The notes under the pieces are model-generated. The model saw only the letters and a list, made by a program, of their open reading frames with translations. It was not told the DNA's origin and searched no databases. A stretch of DNA of 64,000 nt. Source: Salpingoeca rosetta (Eukaryota; Protista; Choanoflagellata). The position numbers and the translations under genes are program-made. The stretch covers positions 82,038 through 146,037 of the forward strand of contig JAWQFM010000007.1 of NCBI GenBank assembly GCA_033442325.1, read 5' to 3'. Shown one piece after another: positions 1-16,654 of this stretch (its first letter is position 1; every line of letters begins with the position of its first letter).

Positions 1-403
1 GTGCGAGTGTGCGTATGAATGTGTATGTGTGTGTGTGTGCGAGTGTGCGTATGAATGTGTATGTGTGTGTGTGTGTATGTGTGTGTGTGTGTGCGAGCGT
101 GTATGTGTGTGTGTGTGTGTGCGAGCGTGTATGTGTGTGTGTGTGTGCATGTGGTGAGCAGCGGCTGGCTATGGGCTTGATCAAAGGTTGTCACAGACAC
201 AGACACAGACACACACCTACAAACACACACCTACACCCACACCCACACACCCACACACCCACACACACACCCACACCCACACACCCACACACCCACACAC
301 ACAGACCCCCCGACACACACACACACACACAGACACACACATTCATGCATATTCACTCCTCCCCGTCCCTTCTGCGACCCTCTCCTCCCAAAAGGGTGCT
401 CAC

Positions 404-553
404 GTGGAAGCGGCACATGAGGTCCTTGTCAACTTGCATCATCGCCCCGGCATTGTCGAACTCGCCTGCGCACAAGGGAGGGGAGGAAGCGGGGGTTAGA
501 TTGGAGAACAAGCGAGGTCTACGGCACAGTCATACAAAGACCATCAAGTTACC

Positions 554-585
<32 letters not shown>

Positions 586-874
586 TACACGCATTGAAAT
601 ACTCACCGCAGTAGTTTGGAGCGCTGAAGACTGTGACAAGCTGGCGGTTTGCAAAGAACTCGTAACCGTCCTCCACAACCTGTCGAGGGTGGTCGTGGCG
701 TGTGGGTGAGCTTGCAGCTTTGCACGCGTCACAACGGCTGGGAAGAGGGGCGAAAAAATACATAACAACGAACAAGGGCACAGCATCGAAACACACAAAC
801 ACACACAAACACACACGGACACACACACAGACACACACACACACACACACACAACACACACAGACACACACACA

Positions 875-913
<39 letters not shown>

Positions 914-1416
914 CAACCACCACCACCACCACCATGCCGCACCTGGTGTGCGCGGCAGATGAGATCGAGGTCGTGCTGGTGGAGGAAGCGCTCGACAATC
1001 GGCGCACCAAACGTGAACGAGACGCCGCGGTCGTTCTCGCCCCAGTGCTCCACCTCCTTCTCCGGATCGCTCCACATGAGGTCGCACAGCAGGCCCGTGT
1101 CGGGGACGTCTGTTGGGCGCTGGATGCTGGTGATCTGGTCCATGGTCTGCAGGTCGGGGGAGAGGCCGCCGTGGCAGCAGAAGATCTTCTCGCCCACGAT
1201 GGCGGCGACAGGCAGGCAGTTGAAGCAGTCCGTAAACGTCTTCCACAACTTGATGCTGTACCGCCGCTTGCCTGTGGTGGTGGGGGTAGCACGCGATGAG
1301 CACGTGTGTGTGTGGGGAAGGGAAAGGCAGGAAAGGGAAGGCTCACCAACAGACGCAGACGCAGACAGAGAAGCAAACGCAGACACAGACGCAGACACAG
1401 ACACGGATACACATGC

Positions 1417-1460
<44 letters not shown>

Positions 1461-2714
1461 ACACAGGCAGACAGACAGACACACACACATGCCGGCTAAC
1501 AAACGGACATTCGTCGTAGAAGCCGTAGATGCGGTTGATGGATGCGCACTCGTGGTTCCCGCGGAGGAGGAAGATGCGGTCCGGGTACATGATCTTGTAC
1601 GCCAGCAGCAGGCACACTGTCTCCAGCGACTGGCAGCAGCAGCAGCGTAAGTGCACAGAGGAGGACGTGAGGTGATGGAAGGAGGCAGAGACGAACGGAC
1701 ACGTGCAAACAGCCAGATGCATGGTTGTGGTGCCAACCAAGCGGCGGGCAAAGCAAGCACATTGACAAACAGCGGACAGCTAGCAACAAGCTGGGCTCCA
1801 CACAACGCGTGCACACACGAACACACACACACACATACACGAACACACACACACACATACACGAACACACACACATACACATACACTTACACGAACACAC
1901 ACACACACACGTACACACATACACGAACACACAGGCACGCACTTGTTTGCCGCGGTCGACGTAGTCGCCGAGGAAGAGGTAGGGCTGGGCAGGCGGGAAG
2001 CCGCCAAACTCAAACAGGCGCAGCAGGTCATAGTACTGGCCGTGCACATCACCTGATACAGCGCCGAAGCGCCGAAGCGACAAAACCAAACGACCACAAC
2101 AATGAGACCACCCATCATCAGTGTCGGGAACACAGCCCAGCCTGGAGTCACACTACACCCCTCCCCCAAACGAATGCAAGCGCGCGATGGCCCGGACCCA
2201 CAGCCAGCCGTGTGCTCACCGCATATTTGGACGGGCGCGTCGACCTTGAGGAGAATGGGCTCGTTCATAAACGCCTCCCGTGCACCAATGCACAGGGCAC
2301 GAATCTCAGCCTCGTCCAAGGTGACTGTCTTTCCGGGACGGCATCCCCTCACTGTTTGTCGGTGTTGTTGTTTGTCGTGAGTGTCGTTGTTGTCGCGAGT
2401 GTCGTCGTTTCAACGGCAAAACGCGGCGCAAAAACGTGAGCACGCCAACAACAAGCACAACAACAACAGCAGGGATAACAACAACTTAAACAACAACTTA
2501 AACAACAACAACAACAACTTCAACAACAACTTAAACAACAACAACAACAACTTAAACAACTTCAACAACAACAACAACAACAACAACAACTTAAACAACA
2601 ACAACAACAACAACAGTAACGCAGCCAGATACAAAGCAAACAGCACGTAGAGCACTGCGCACCTTCGAGGAGCCTGTTCACAATGTCCTGCACATCGACG
2701 TCCAGATCAGCCAT
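404..2714 (-). CDS. PPP1C: Serine/threonine protein phosphatase PP1 catalytic subunit (at least 7 exons; last exon not resolved, possibly left of the window)
   Basis: GT-AG exons 2714-2663, 2351-2220, 2052-1943, 1629-1509, 1271-943, 679-607 and 465-404 splice in frame. They give [25 protein letters not shown], then GDVHGQ, GDYVDRG, RGNHE, HGGLSP, RAHQ and SAPNYC, which are PPP-family and PP1-specific motifs. Confidence 0.95.
2447..2614. repeat. Degenerate (AAC)n microsatellite with AACTTA/AACTTC interruptions in PP1 intron 1
   Basis: Directly visible tandem AAC run. Confidence 0.9.
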
Positions 2715-3056
2715 GATGCCAAGCGCCAACAGCAACAAAGCAACACACAAAGATGTAACAGCCGCGCTCCGCGATTGACGAATCAAAAGTGCGCACAGGG
2801 GGGACGCTGAAGCAGCGAGTGTTGCTCCTTCTACTCTGCAGACAAGACACGAAGGCTGACTGAGATGGGTGTTTGGCAGTCGTGTGTTTGGTTGTGTTTG
2901 GGAGGGCGGCGACGACAACACAGCAGCAGCGCCAACCAAGGAAAAATAAAAAAATCTGCACTGCGGTTGTAGAGAATTAATTGAAGATACACATATTATT
3001 CCGCAGATCACGGAACAGGAGGAATCCGCGACCACACGAGACTGAGAGGAAGCATC

Positions 3057-6000
3057 ATGGGGGACGCTGACGAGCGGTACAATGCGTGGTTTCCACGCAC
3101 ACCACCGCGGGAGTGTGGGCTGAGGGTGGTGTGTTTCCACGGAGCAGGGTGCTCGGACACTGTCTACACGATCAGCAGGGTTGCTGGTAAAATGGCGCAT
3201 AACCCGCTCCTCGCGTGGCAACAGGACGAAGGTTTGTTCGTTGTTCAGTGTGAATGTGAATGTATGTATGTGTGTGTGAATGTGTGTGTGTGTGTGACTG
3301 TGTGAGAGAGAGAGAGAGAGAGAGTGTGTGTGTGTGTGACTGTGTGTGTGTGTGTGATTGCGATTGCCGCTTGACCCCAGCTGAGGAGATGCGCGTGCGT
3401 GTGCATGTGTGCGCACGCAAGAGCAAGTGTCACAGTCCGCCTTCACGCTCATCAATCCTTGTGCGTTGTTCTGTTGTCTTCTTCTGCTGGCTTGGGTAGA
3501 GAACGATGTGCAGGTGCTTGGGGTGCAGTTGCCCGGACGTGATCAGCGGCACAGCGTCCCGCCGTTCACCAGCATCAACGACATTGTCGATGCCTTTGTT
3601 GCAGACTGTGGCCATTTGTTCAACACCCCATACGTATGATCAACTTGATGCGTGACGTGTGATGTGACGCGGTTTAGGACGTGGTCCGTGGACTGGCCAT
3701 CACTGGCGTGTTGTGGTGGTGTTCCGTATGGTGTCACTTGGATGTTGCGCTGTAGCGATGCACACATGCACCAAAGTTTGCACTCAAAAAATACACACTC
3801 ACATGCACGCGCACACGCACGCAAACACACTCATACAAACGCACACACGCACGCAAACACACGTATACAAACGCACACACGCACGCAAACACACCCATAC
3901 AAACGCACACATGCACGCAAACACGCACACAAACGCATGCGCAAACACGCACACGCGATCAGGTCCTGGTTGGCCATTCCGTTGGCAGCTGGATCGCGCA
4001 CGGCGTGGCCAAGAAGTTGATGGCGCAAGGATACGAGCCCCCTCTCCAGCTCTTCGTTTCCGCGTTTCCGCCGCCCACCATCCCAGCAGCCAAGCGCCCT
4101 TGGAACTCATCAAGGCGCGTCCGCATTGCTGGTTGCTTTGCACATGCGTCTCCATGTTTATCCCCACAAGCACGCCGCGCCACACGATTCTTGGACGTCC
4201 TCTCTCATTGTAATAATGTAACTCTGCATCCTTTCGCTCTACAGGGTAATGTCGGATTCAGAGCTGCAGGCGGAAGCGCGCGCGTGGGGCGTCAACCCGG
4301 TTGTGTTCCAGCAGCACGTCTGGTCCACGTATGCGCCCCTCTTCCGTGCAGACTTTCGCCTCTTTGACGAACAACGCCCCATGGTGTGTGTGTGTATGTG
4401 TGTGTATGTGTGTGTGCGGGTGAGAGAGAGTGTGTGTGGTTGTGTGTGTGTATGTATGTGGTTGTGTGCGCGTGCGTGCTTGCTGGTGGCTGTGTGCGTG
4501 TCTGTCGTTTGTGGACGCATTCATGCAAGCAATTGTGCCAGGAGTGTACCAATTCCTTCCTTCGACACACCACGGGCTTAACCCCCACCCCCCGTTTCAT
4601 TCATCCCATTTCCCTGCCTGCAGTCGTCGGCGGACGCGTGGCTTGGAAGCGTCCCCATCCACGTCACAGGCGCCTCGCACGACACCCGCATCATGCCCCA
4701 TTTGCTGAGTGAGTCCGAGCATTGCAGCGTTGCCGCGTTGCCGTCTATTCCTCGTGTTCGTTGATGTACGTCATCGTTGCACTGCATATGCAACATACCT
4801 GCCCGACTTCCTGTGTTCTCTCCTTCAATCGCGTCTCACACACCACCGACCCCACACGCCATTCTTGTGTTGCGTGTGGTGCTGCAGACGGGTGGCGGAA
4901 GCTGTCGTCGCACTGCAGCGTCGATACCGTCGATGGCGGACATCTCTTCGTCTTTGATGCACCGGCACGCGCCAGCGTAAGGGCATGGACGGGGGGAATG
5001 CATTTTCGGGAAAGGAGAGTTATGCGACACACACACACACACACACATACATACAGTATCTATCTCACTCTCACACACACACATGTACAATATCTACCTC
5101 ACACTCGCACACACACACATACACACACACACATACATACATACAATATCTACCTCACACTCACACTCACACACGTTTATTCACACACACACATGCGCAC
5201 ACATGCACACACATGCACACACACACACTCACCCCGCGCCTCATTCCCCTCCGTCTTTGCTCTCGCCAACTCCGGCGGTGCAGTGGTTTGATATGATCAT
5301 CAAGGGTGTCGATGCGTTGACAATATCGCGCCTGACGCCGCAGGTGCTCCTGCATGACGTCATCAGCTCCATCGTCAACCACGGCACCGCCCCCTCCATC
5401 GACCGCCTCGCACGCGCCCACAGCGAGACTGCAGAGACCATCACCACCGCGCTGTGCTCGCTGCCCGGCGTCGTCGTGCACCCGCTCCTGGCAAGCGTGG
5501 TCGAGGTGCAGCCCTTCTCGCTCGTGCCGTCGTCTGTCTGTATCCGCAGCCACATCTCCGACGCAACGTGGTGGGCGCCGACGCTGTTTGCTGCGCTCGG
5601 TGCTGCTGGCACGGCGCTGGCCGAACAGCCGCTGCTGTCCATCACGTGCTCTGTTGGCGGCGCTGAGCAGCAGGCGAGCATTGTCGTGCGCCACGGCCAG
5701 CTGTGCGGCGTCGACCAGGTCGACAGCGATGATGGTGGTGATGGTGGTGGTGTTGGCGATGGTGACGGCGAGGAGAGCGGCATTGGCAGCAGGAGCAGCC
5801 GGCTCGATGCTCATGGTGACGCCGTGCAAAGCAGTGACGTGTCTGACCTGGAGGCCGAGATACAGCGGGCGCTGCGGCTGCACGACCAGACCACCACCGC
5901 CTCCGTCGCCCTTCCCTCATCCTCGTCAGCACCACTGGCATTGTCATCGTCATCGTCATCGTCGTCGTTTGGTGCGCGAAGGAACAGCAGCGCCGTGACC

Positions 6001-6474
6001 GGCCAACATCACATCGACGAGCGAGGTGCTGTGCACGGTGCCCGCCGCCGCCACAGCGAGCAGCACGCACCAGCTGCCTTCACGTCATCATCGTCAGCAT
6101 TATCGTCGTCGTCATACCCAAGCAGCGCGCGTGGTAGCGGTGGGCGCGGGTGCATTGAGCTGAGCGCGGCCCAACTCGACCGCTGCTATGTGTACTTCCT
6201 CGTCGACCCCGTGCCCGTTATCGATGAGCAGGGACGCGAGCAGGAGATGAGGGCGCACACGCCGATGGCGCAGGAGTCAGCTGTACACCATGTGGATGTT
6301 GGATATGGCACGACGCTGCTGCTGTCCAACAAGGTTGCGCATGCGTGGCGTGAGCAGCACCACATGCCGTCAGGGCGCATTCTGCCGCTCGTGTCCGCCT
6401 TTGAGCTCGCCAAGCGCTGCTTTGCTTTCGCGGCTGTGCACGACCCGCAGACAGTAGGCAGCAGCGGGTGGTGA
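3057..6474 (+). CDS. Type II thioesterase (GrsT/OLAH-like alpha/beta hydrolase) fused to a C-terminal MerB (alkylmercury lyase)-like domain; 7 exons
   Basis: Exons 3057-3231, 3500-3633, 3963-4114 (GC donor), 4245-4383, 4624-4708, 4888-4976 and 5284-6474 join in frame. Thioesterase II motifs: VVCFHGAG, QLPGR, GHSVG, LFVSA, FRADF, GGHLF. The last exon has G-x-AP, GVVVHP, PFSLVP, WW-x5-ALG, YF, AW and G-x-ILPL-x3-FELAK, resembling MerB-family proteins. Confidence 0.8.
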
Positions 6475-7197
6475 TGAGGACGGTGGATGGGGGTTAGCGA
6501 TCATGGTGGTGACGCTGACGGTTGTGGAGGTGGCGATGAAGATGCTGGTTGTGAAAGTGGTTGTGAAAGTGGTTGTGAAAATGGTGGCGGTGCGAGCTTG
6601 AGGTCTTGCACACTGCGTCGTTTCGTGGTGTTGTGAGGTGTAGCAAGATAGGTTTCATTCTATTGTGTCGTGTTTCGACTGTGGCTGCACGCTTGTATTG
6701 CTTGTTTGACCTATTGGTTGAATTTGGCGACACTGCATGTACGACACCATATGTTGTACTGTATTGTATTTGTTGAAAGGGTATTTACTACCTCTGCTTC
6801 GCTCGTGTGCGTCCAAACAACCGTTTTGTTTTGGTCTCATGACCGGGCTGTGTATGATGTGTTGTTGTGTGCAATTGACACCTCTCTTCTCCCTGTGATG
6901 GCACGTTGGCAGTGCCATTATTGACATGTGTAAACGCCGCTGTAATCCCAGAGCACTATGAAGTTGGTACACAGAATCCAATAACAAGCGAGTGACACGG
7001 CGTAGAAGGAGGAAGCGAACAAACGAAACAACCTTTGGGAGAGGGGACGAGCCAGGAATACCAACAAACAACTCGAAACAGGCAAGCAGCAAAGTAGGTT
7101 CACGTCGACAGCTGGACGGGCGGACGGACAAGCAGACAGCGAGCGAGAGAAAGGCACAGACAGACAGACAGACACATACACACACACACACACACAG

Positions 7198-7258
<61 letters not shown>

Positions 7259-7274
7259 GAGCACTTCATTCATA

Positions 7275-9532
<2,258 letters not shown>

Positions 9533-11333
9533 AGCGGTTATTGATGCGGTGCAAAGTGGGGAGAGAACAGAAGAACTAGCCAGGGAGCAGAGATGTGGAG
9601 TGGGGGTTCCTGTCGGCAAACCAAGATGTGGTAAAGCGAAGTCGGATAGTGTGCTCTTTGCTGGGTGATGATAGCCGTCGTCTTTCTGGCACTTGCAGGG
9701 AGTCGGTTGGACGGACGGTATGAAGACGGGTCAACAACTGGTGACGCGGTGTGCGGGAAATGCAAGATGAGAAATGCAGGATGGAAGGATGGAGGGTGTT
9801 GTGAGCCAACGGTCGCACACTGCGCAGCCAAGGCGTTGCAGGAGAGGGCGAAAGGCACAGCCGAAGGAAGATGCAGCCAGAGGCACGCGAAATAGTGCGC
9901 GCGCACCCGCGTGCGTGCGTGCTTGTGCGATGCAGTGCGGCAGTGCGCATGCGAGTGTTCATGTGCTTGCGTGCGAGTGTTCGCGTGTTTGTCTGTGTGT
10001 GCGAGTGTGCGAGGGCGTGCACATGCTTGCTTCTGCGCTACTGCACAGCACACCACGCGTGCGCACGCCTTTGCGCACGTCTAAACGCGGGCGTGGCTGG
10101 CCATCACCATCACCACTGTCGAGATGCCACTGTGTCTGAGCTGGAACAGCCTCACCCATACATGCATGTGGGGCGACCACGTGAAAACCATCCAGCACCC
10201 GCGAGTCTCGGAACAGCAGCAGCAACATCAATCAGGTCTGTCATCGCGGGCGAACGCCTGGAAGTGTGCAAGCAACCGTGGTCGGGTGGGGCGCAGCGGG
10301 CAAAGGAAAGGGCTGTCACAGCTGTGCGCAGTGGGTTCACATGTTGTGTGACATGGTGTAAACGCAAGAATAAGTGTTCTTGATAATCTTCAATCAGCAT
10401 GCGACCGTGCAGCAACACACAACCTACTCAGCTCGTGCTCCAATCAATTGCAACGCACCGCCATCATCACTGCGGCCATCCATCTTGGTCGTCATTGTCA
10501 TCATTGTCATCATTCAGCAGCCGCGAAATTCAAAACGCACCGTTACTTTTGCAAGCGAAGCAGGCGGTTGATTGATGTATTTGACACAACTTACAATGCA
10601 TCGTGCCGCCCTCTCTCACTCGCTCGCCCGTTCGAGGGTTGGTGAGCAGCTGCAACAACGAGCAAGAGCTGGGCCATCTATGAATAGATGACGATAGACA
10701 ATGGCATCTGCAGGCAGGCAGGAAGCGAGTCGAAGGTGCGTGAGCGAGTGTTTGCATGCGCTCATGATTGCGATTGCGTGAGTGTTGTTTCCGCACTGCA
10801 GCCACCCATGCAAGCAGAGCACTGCCGCAGCACCTGCGCCCTGCAAAGCCAACAAACAACCTTCTCAAGCGTTTGTCATGTTCATGGATCAATCATCATA
10901 GACATTCACTCATAGCACCCATCCCTATCTGGCGAGCTAGGTTCACTGCAACCCACCCACCCTTTAGGTTTCTCACCATCTCCATTGTTTCTATTGATTA
11001 TGCCTCTCCCATCCCAACTACACGGCCAGGCCGAACGCACCCTGTTCGTGATTGGACGGCAAACACCCATACCCATGCCACACCATCAGCATCAGAACAC
11101 CAAAGTACCAGAGCACGAGCGCATCAGAGCATCAGTACCGCGCGCGATGAACTCAGGATGTGAGCGAGCAAGTGGCGGCGGCTTCGCCAATGTGTCCATT
11201 TTTATCGTCATCTAGCGACCGCATCGACCACACACAATACAGCGCGTGGACGTTGCTTTGTGTGAGCCCCTGACACCATCATATCCCGATATCTGCATCA
11301 CACGTGAGCCGAGACAAGAAGACAAGACCCGAC

Positions 11334-12425
11334 ATGACCTGCCAGGTGCTGCTTCTGTTTGGCATTGGCCTTGCCCTGACGCGGCTGCCTGCGGCTTTCG
11401 CCCAGTGTGAAGACCACGTGAGTCCGCGACTGTGTGCTGCAGACCCGGAATGCGAGGTGTCTGGCACGTGCTCTGCTGTGAGGCAGCTGTGCGCGGCGCC
11501 ACTCGCCGTCCCTTGCAGCGCCCGTCCAGGCTGTATCATCAACGACGACGGACAGTGCGTGAATGAATTTGAATGCTCCACCCATGATGTAAGTACACAA
11601 GCTGGTTCTGTGCGCGAGTATGCGCTTGGGGGAAGGGACTGCGAATGCCATGAAAATGTACATCATCGCCTGCTCTGTTTGCGTTGAACACGAACGCGCA
11701 CGCGCACGCATTGTATTGCTTTTGTATTGGTTCTCTCTCCCTTCCTACATACATACACACACGCACACGCGCGCCCTCACTCACACGTCTGCCTGTCTTC
11801 ACCCGCGTCGCTGTGTATGCGTGAGCAGGACCAGCTGTCGTGCCGGCGAACGCCGCTGTGTCTGTGGTTTTTCACGTGCGTGCCGCGCGAGGGTGGAGAT
11901 ACCACAAGCACCACCGAGGCAGAGCCGACAACAGCAGAGCCGACAACAGCAGCGACGACAACGACGACCTCGGAGACGACAGCGTCCACCACCACGACAT
12001 TGGCTGAGAGCTCAACGATGCACTCTTCCACGCACGAAGCAACAACCACCAGCACCACGGCTACGGAAACCACGACTGAAGGCGACGAGAGCGGGTCTGG
12101 AGAGGCGACACTTGAACCAACTATTCCCTCCTCATCCTCATCAACACCATCCACCGGTAACACGACGAACACCACCACTGCCGGCAACAGCAGCAGCACA
12201 ACGGCGTTCATCAACCTTGGCACGCTCTTCCCAGCCGCTGCTGGTGCTGAGGGGAGTGCCACCGTGAACACGGCCTCGGAGGCTGCTTCTGGCCACGCCG
12301 CCATGAGCGGAAACGTGGTGGTGGCCGTTGCCATTGGACTCGCTGCGCTTGTCATTGCTGGCCTCCTCACCTACTTCCTCCGGCGCTCATCGCAGCCGGA
12401 GGCACAGGCCGGCGAGGACGTGTGA
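11334..12425 (+). CDS. Single-pass surface glycoprotein B, paralog of A: signal peptide, one Cys-rich module, Thr-rich stalk with EGDESGSGE, TM helix, tail ending AGEDV
   Basis: Exons 11334-11588 (donor gtaagt) and 11829-12425. Cys spacing matches A and the intron sits at the same position. CRRTPLC-x-W and CVPRE are shared with A. Confidence 0.85.
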
Positions 12426-12604
12426 GAGACGTGGTTGTGTGTGTGTGTGTCTGTGTGTCTGTGCGTGCGCGTGCGTGTGTGTGTCTGTGTGCATATGTGA
12501 GTATGTGAACGTGAACGTGCATGTGTCTGTGTTTGGTTGGTTGGTCGTCACCATAAACAAGCATCAACTCTGCAAAAGTAACGGAAACCAACAAGCGAAG
12601 CAAG

Positions 12605-14202
12605 ATGACAACAATGATTCAGGCTGTGGCGGCGGGCTCTGTGCGGATGGTGCGAGAGCAGATGGAACAAGGGGCAGACATCAACTCGGCCGGATCCGAA
12701 GGGCTGATGCCCCTCTGCGTCGCAGCCTTCTGGGGCCACCTTCCACTCGTCGAGGTGTGTGTGTGTGTGATGTGATGTGATGTGATGTGATGTGATGTGT
12801 GTGTGTTTGTGTGTGTGTGTGTGTCTGTGTGTGTCTGTGTGTGTCTGTGTGTGTCTGTGTGTGTCTGTGTGTGTCTGTGTGTGTCTGTGTGTGTCTGTGT
12901 GTGTCTGTGTGCGTCTGTCGTTGTGTGTGTGTGTGTGTGTGCGTCTGTGTGTCTCCCCCTCTGTCTCTGTCTCTGTCTCTCCCTCTCCCTCTCCCTCTCC
13001 CTCTGTCTCTGCCTCTGTCTCTGTCTCTCTCCCTCCCCTCTCTATGCAGGCACGTGCGTACACACGCATCCATGCGTGTGCTGCCTCGTGTGCTGCTGTT
13101 GTCTCATTGCCGCCGCCACCCAACTGCCACATGTTCCTCTCGTCAGATGATGCTGGAGAACGGTGCAGATGTGAACGTGCAGAACCCAAGCAACAAGTGG
13201 ACGCCGCTCCACGCTGCTGCGATTCAAGGCACGCGCCAGCATCACGTCCAGCCCCTCGCTTCGCTTTTTGCCATGAAAGCTTCTGTTCACACGCCACGTC
13301 TTCACCTCTCACTTCACGCTCTGTCTTGCGCTTCTCCAGGTCACGGTAAGGTGGTGTTTGCCTTGATGGATCACAACCCAGACACCACGCTGGTGGACGC
13401 CAACGGCTGCACTGCCGGTCCGTAAGCGATGGTGGCGCGTGCGAGTGAGTGAGTGAGTGAGTGAGTGTGTGTGCGTGTGTGCGTGTGTGAGTGAGTGAAT
13501 AAGCGAGAGCATGGGTGCGTGCGTACATGTGTGCCCATGCGTATGGTATCGGAAGTGCGTGGTGTGCCAATGTCTGTGTGCAAGTGCTGTGAATCTGCCT
13601 GACACTGGAACAAGCCGCCTATCTCACATCGCCGACATGCGCTGCCATTCTCCCTTACGCCTCTGCCTTGAGTGCAGCGGACTATGCATCGGCGCTTGAT
13701 AACGTGTGGCCACACTTTGCTGCGGCGGGACACACACGCACGCCCAAGCCAGAGCTCATCAAGAAGGGCATCATCTTCAAAGTGCCAAAGAAGGTGCGAA
13801 AGCACTTGTGTGCATGCGTGCGTGCGTATATGCGTGTGTGTGCATGCACTTTTGTGCGTACGTACGTATGTGTATGTGTGTGTGCTAGCGTGCACAAACG
13901 TTGCTCATTGCCTTGTGTTGGCTCAAGCTGTGTCATCACCATTGTTGTGGAACGTGACAGACGCACGACCACGTCATGGCTGCGTCCCACCTCAACCGAC
14001 CTGGTTCTGCATATGCGGTCCGCCAGCGTCCTCTTTACGGTCAGTCATGAAACCATACGCACACATGGTTGGTGTGTGTATGTGTGTGTGTGTGCGTGCG
14101 TGTGTGTGTATGTGTGTGTACGTGCTTGCGTGTATGTGTATGTGTGTGTGTCTGTCTGTCTTTGCTCTGTCTGTCTGTCCGTCACACACACACACTATCT
14201 CA

Positions 14203-14241
<39 letters not shown>

Positions 14242-14426
14242 GCACACACACACATTATCTCGCCCTCCACACTGCCCTGCGTCTCCACATGTACATGTGC
14301 TTGCGCTTCGTTGTGCTATGTGCCCCTGCAGGGCGGGACACGTCCCACGGCGATGTGCTGGCAGAGGAGGACGAGGGCGATGGCGGCCAGCACCGCAGCA
14401 GCGTACCAGAGATTCTCCGCTCCTGA
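12605..14426 (+). CDS. Ankyrin-repeat protein (about 3 repeats); 6 exons
   Basis: Exons 12605-12754, 13147-13228 (GC donor), 13340-13417, 13678-13793, 13961-14039 and 14332-14426 are in frame. Motifs [27 protein letters not shown]. Confidence 0.85.
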
Positions 14427-14429
14427 TGC

Positions 14430-14476
<47 letters not shown>

Positions 14477-14487
14477 ATACACATACA

Positions 14488-14539
<52 letters not shown>

Positions 14540-14948
14540 AACGCACACGCGCGCACGCACGCACACACTCACACATACACACACGCGCACGTACGCACGC
14601 ACACGCACGCACACACACACGCACATGTGCTGGTTGCAGCTTGTAGATGAATTGAGAGTGCCAAGGTTATGTTACGTTTGCGTGGTGACATTCCATTACA
14701 TGACTTCTTTGTCGTCCTCTATTTAGGCGAAGGGATAAGGAAAGAATGGAACACTAACACATGCACTAACAACGCAAGCAGCGCGCAACACGGCAGCAGC
14801 GGACAAACACAAGCCTGTGTAGCCGGCATGTATGTACAAAGGCATAGCAGTCAAACCCAAAGGCACAGCGACAACAACAACAACAACATGAACAGCAAAC
14901 ATCAGCAACAAACATCATCAACAAACACCGAACAACCAACAACAAAGG

Positions 14949-15276
14949 TTATGCCTCGAGTGCGGGGATCATCTGCTTCTTCCTGCTGAGAACACCGTGC
15001 AGCACAACGTGCAGCTCCCCATCCTCCGTCTCGCTCACCGACGCCTTGATCCCGGCCTTGCTAAACGCGTCAGACACGCGCGCAGCCTCCACTTGGTCGT
15101 CCGTGACAAGGACAGCGCGACCGGCAGTAATGTCCACCACAAAGAAGAGCACGCGGTCGAGACTTTCGCGCGCTTTCACAGTGTGGGCGGCTTCAAGGAT
15201 GTCTTTGCTCCGCGCCAGCACGCTGGGGCCGTGTGTCGTCTCAACCACACTCACTCGTGTACGCCTGGTGTGTGCG

Positions 15277-15351
<75 letters not shown>

Positions 15352-16116
15352 TAAGTGAGTGTGTTTGGGGGTGGTCGCAGTGGATAAGAGAGGACAAGGC
15401 AAGCACACACAGTCAACACAAACGTGCCCAGACGACTCCACTCTCCCGCCCGTCAAGAACACATCAAAGGGGTTGCTACGTACTCTCCGTGCAGGGTGTA
15501 TGTCTTCGAGTCGAGGAGAACGAGCTGTTCGCCAGAGAGGTGCGACACGCGGCTCTTGGCCTCCAGCATCGCTGGTCCGAGCTCGGCAGCAGACACGCCT
15601 GGCGGTGTTGGCGGAGGCCGGGGGGTGAGGGAAAGGGGGCGTTTGTTGGGGTTTGAAGGGCGTGGGGAAAGAAGCCAAACGAGGGAAGAGGAACGCAAGC
15701 AGGCGGGTAGGTAGGTAGGTATGTGAAGACGCAGACAGACACAGACGCACACCCTCAGACACAGACGCAGACACACAATACAAACATACATACGCAGACA
15801 CAGACACACACACACACACACACACCGACACACCTGCGATTGCCTCGAGCTCCTTGGCGGCCTGCTCGTCGGCGTCGGTGGTGGTGACGCTGCGGAAGTG
15901 GAGAGAGTCCGAGAGAATGCACGCCAGCATGAGCTGGGCAACCTCCGGCGTGATGGTGTAACCCTGGGCAAGCGGTGGCAGGTGACGGGGTGTGGTGATG
16001 TGGTGGAAAGCAGTGGTGATGCAGTGTATGAGGGAAGAGGCCGTGTGGAACAAAAAGAAAGGCTGCGACAATGTCTGCAGTGTGCAAAGGTTGCATCCAC
16101 ACACGCACACAGACAA

Positions 16117-16193
<77 letters not shown>

Positions 16194-16613
16194 GACAAAC
16201 ACACACACACACACGCACAAACACACACACTCACACACACACACAGACAAACACACACACAGACACACACAAACGCACGCACACACACATCGTCTCACCT
16301 TGGCCTTGAATCGGTGGAAGAGAACACTGCCTGTGCTGCAGAGCGGGCGCACATCCATCTCAAGCGGCGCCATGGTGGTCAGGCCGGCGAGCTTATGGTG
16401 GTCGATGATGGACGTCACATTCGCTTTGGCAATGTCACTTGGGAGCTCCTGGTGACCGCGTGAGCGGTCATGGGTGTGGGGAAGTGATGTGTGTGTGTGT
16501 GTGTGTAAGTGATGTGTGTGTGTGTGTGTGCGTGTGTGTATGTGTGAATGAGTGGGTGAGTGAATGAGTGGGTGAGTGAATGAGTGGGCGAGGAAGTCAG
16601 CACACATGAACAA

Positions 16614-16654
<41 letters not shown>

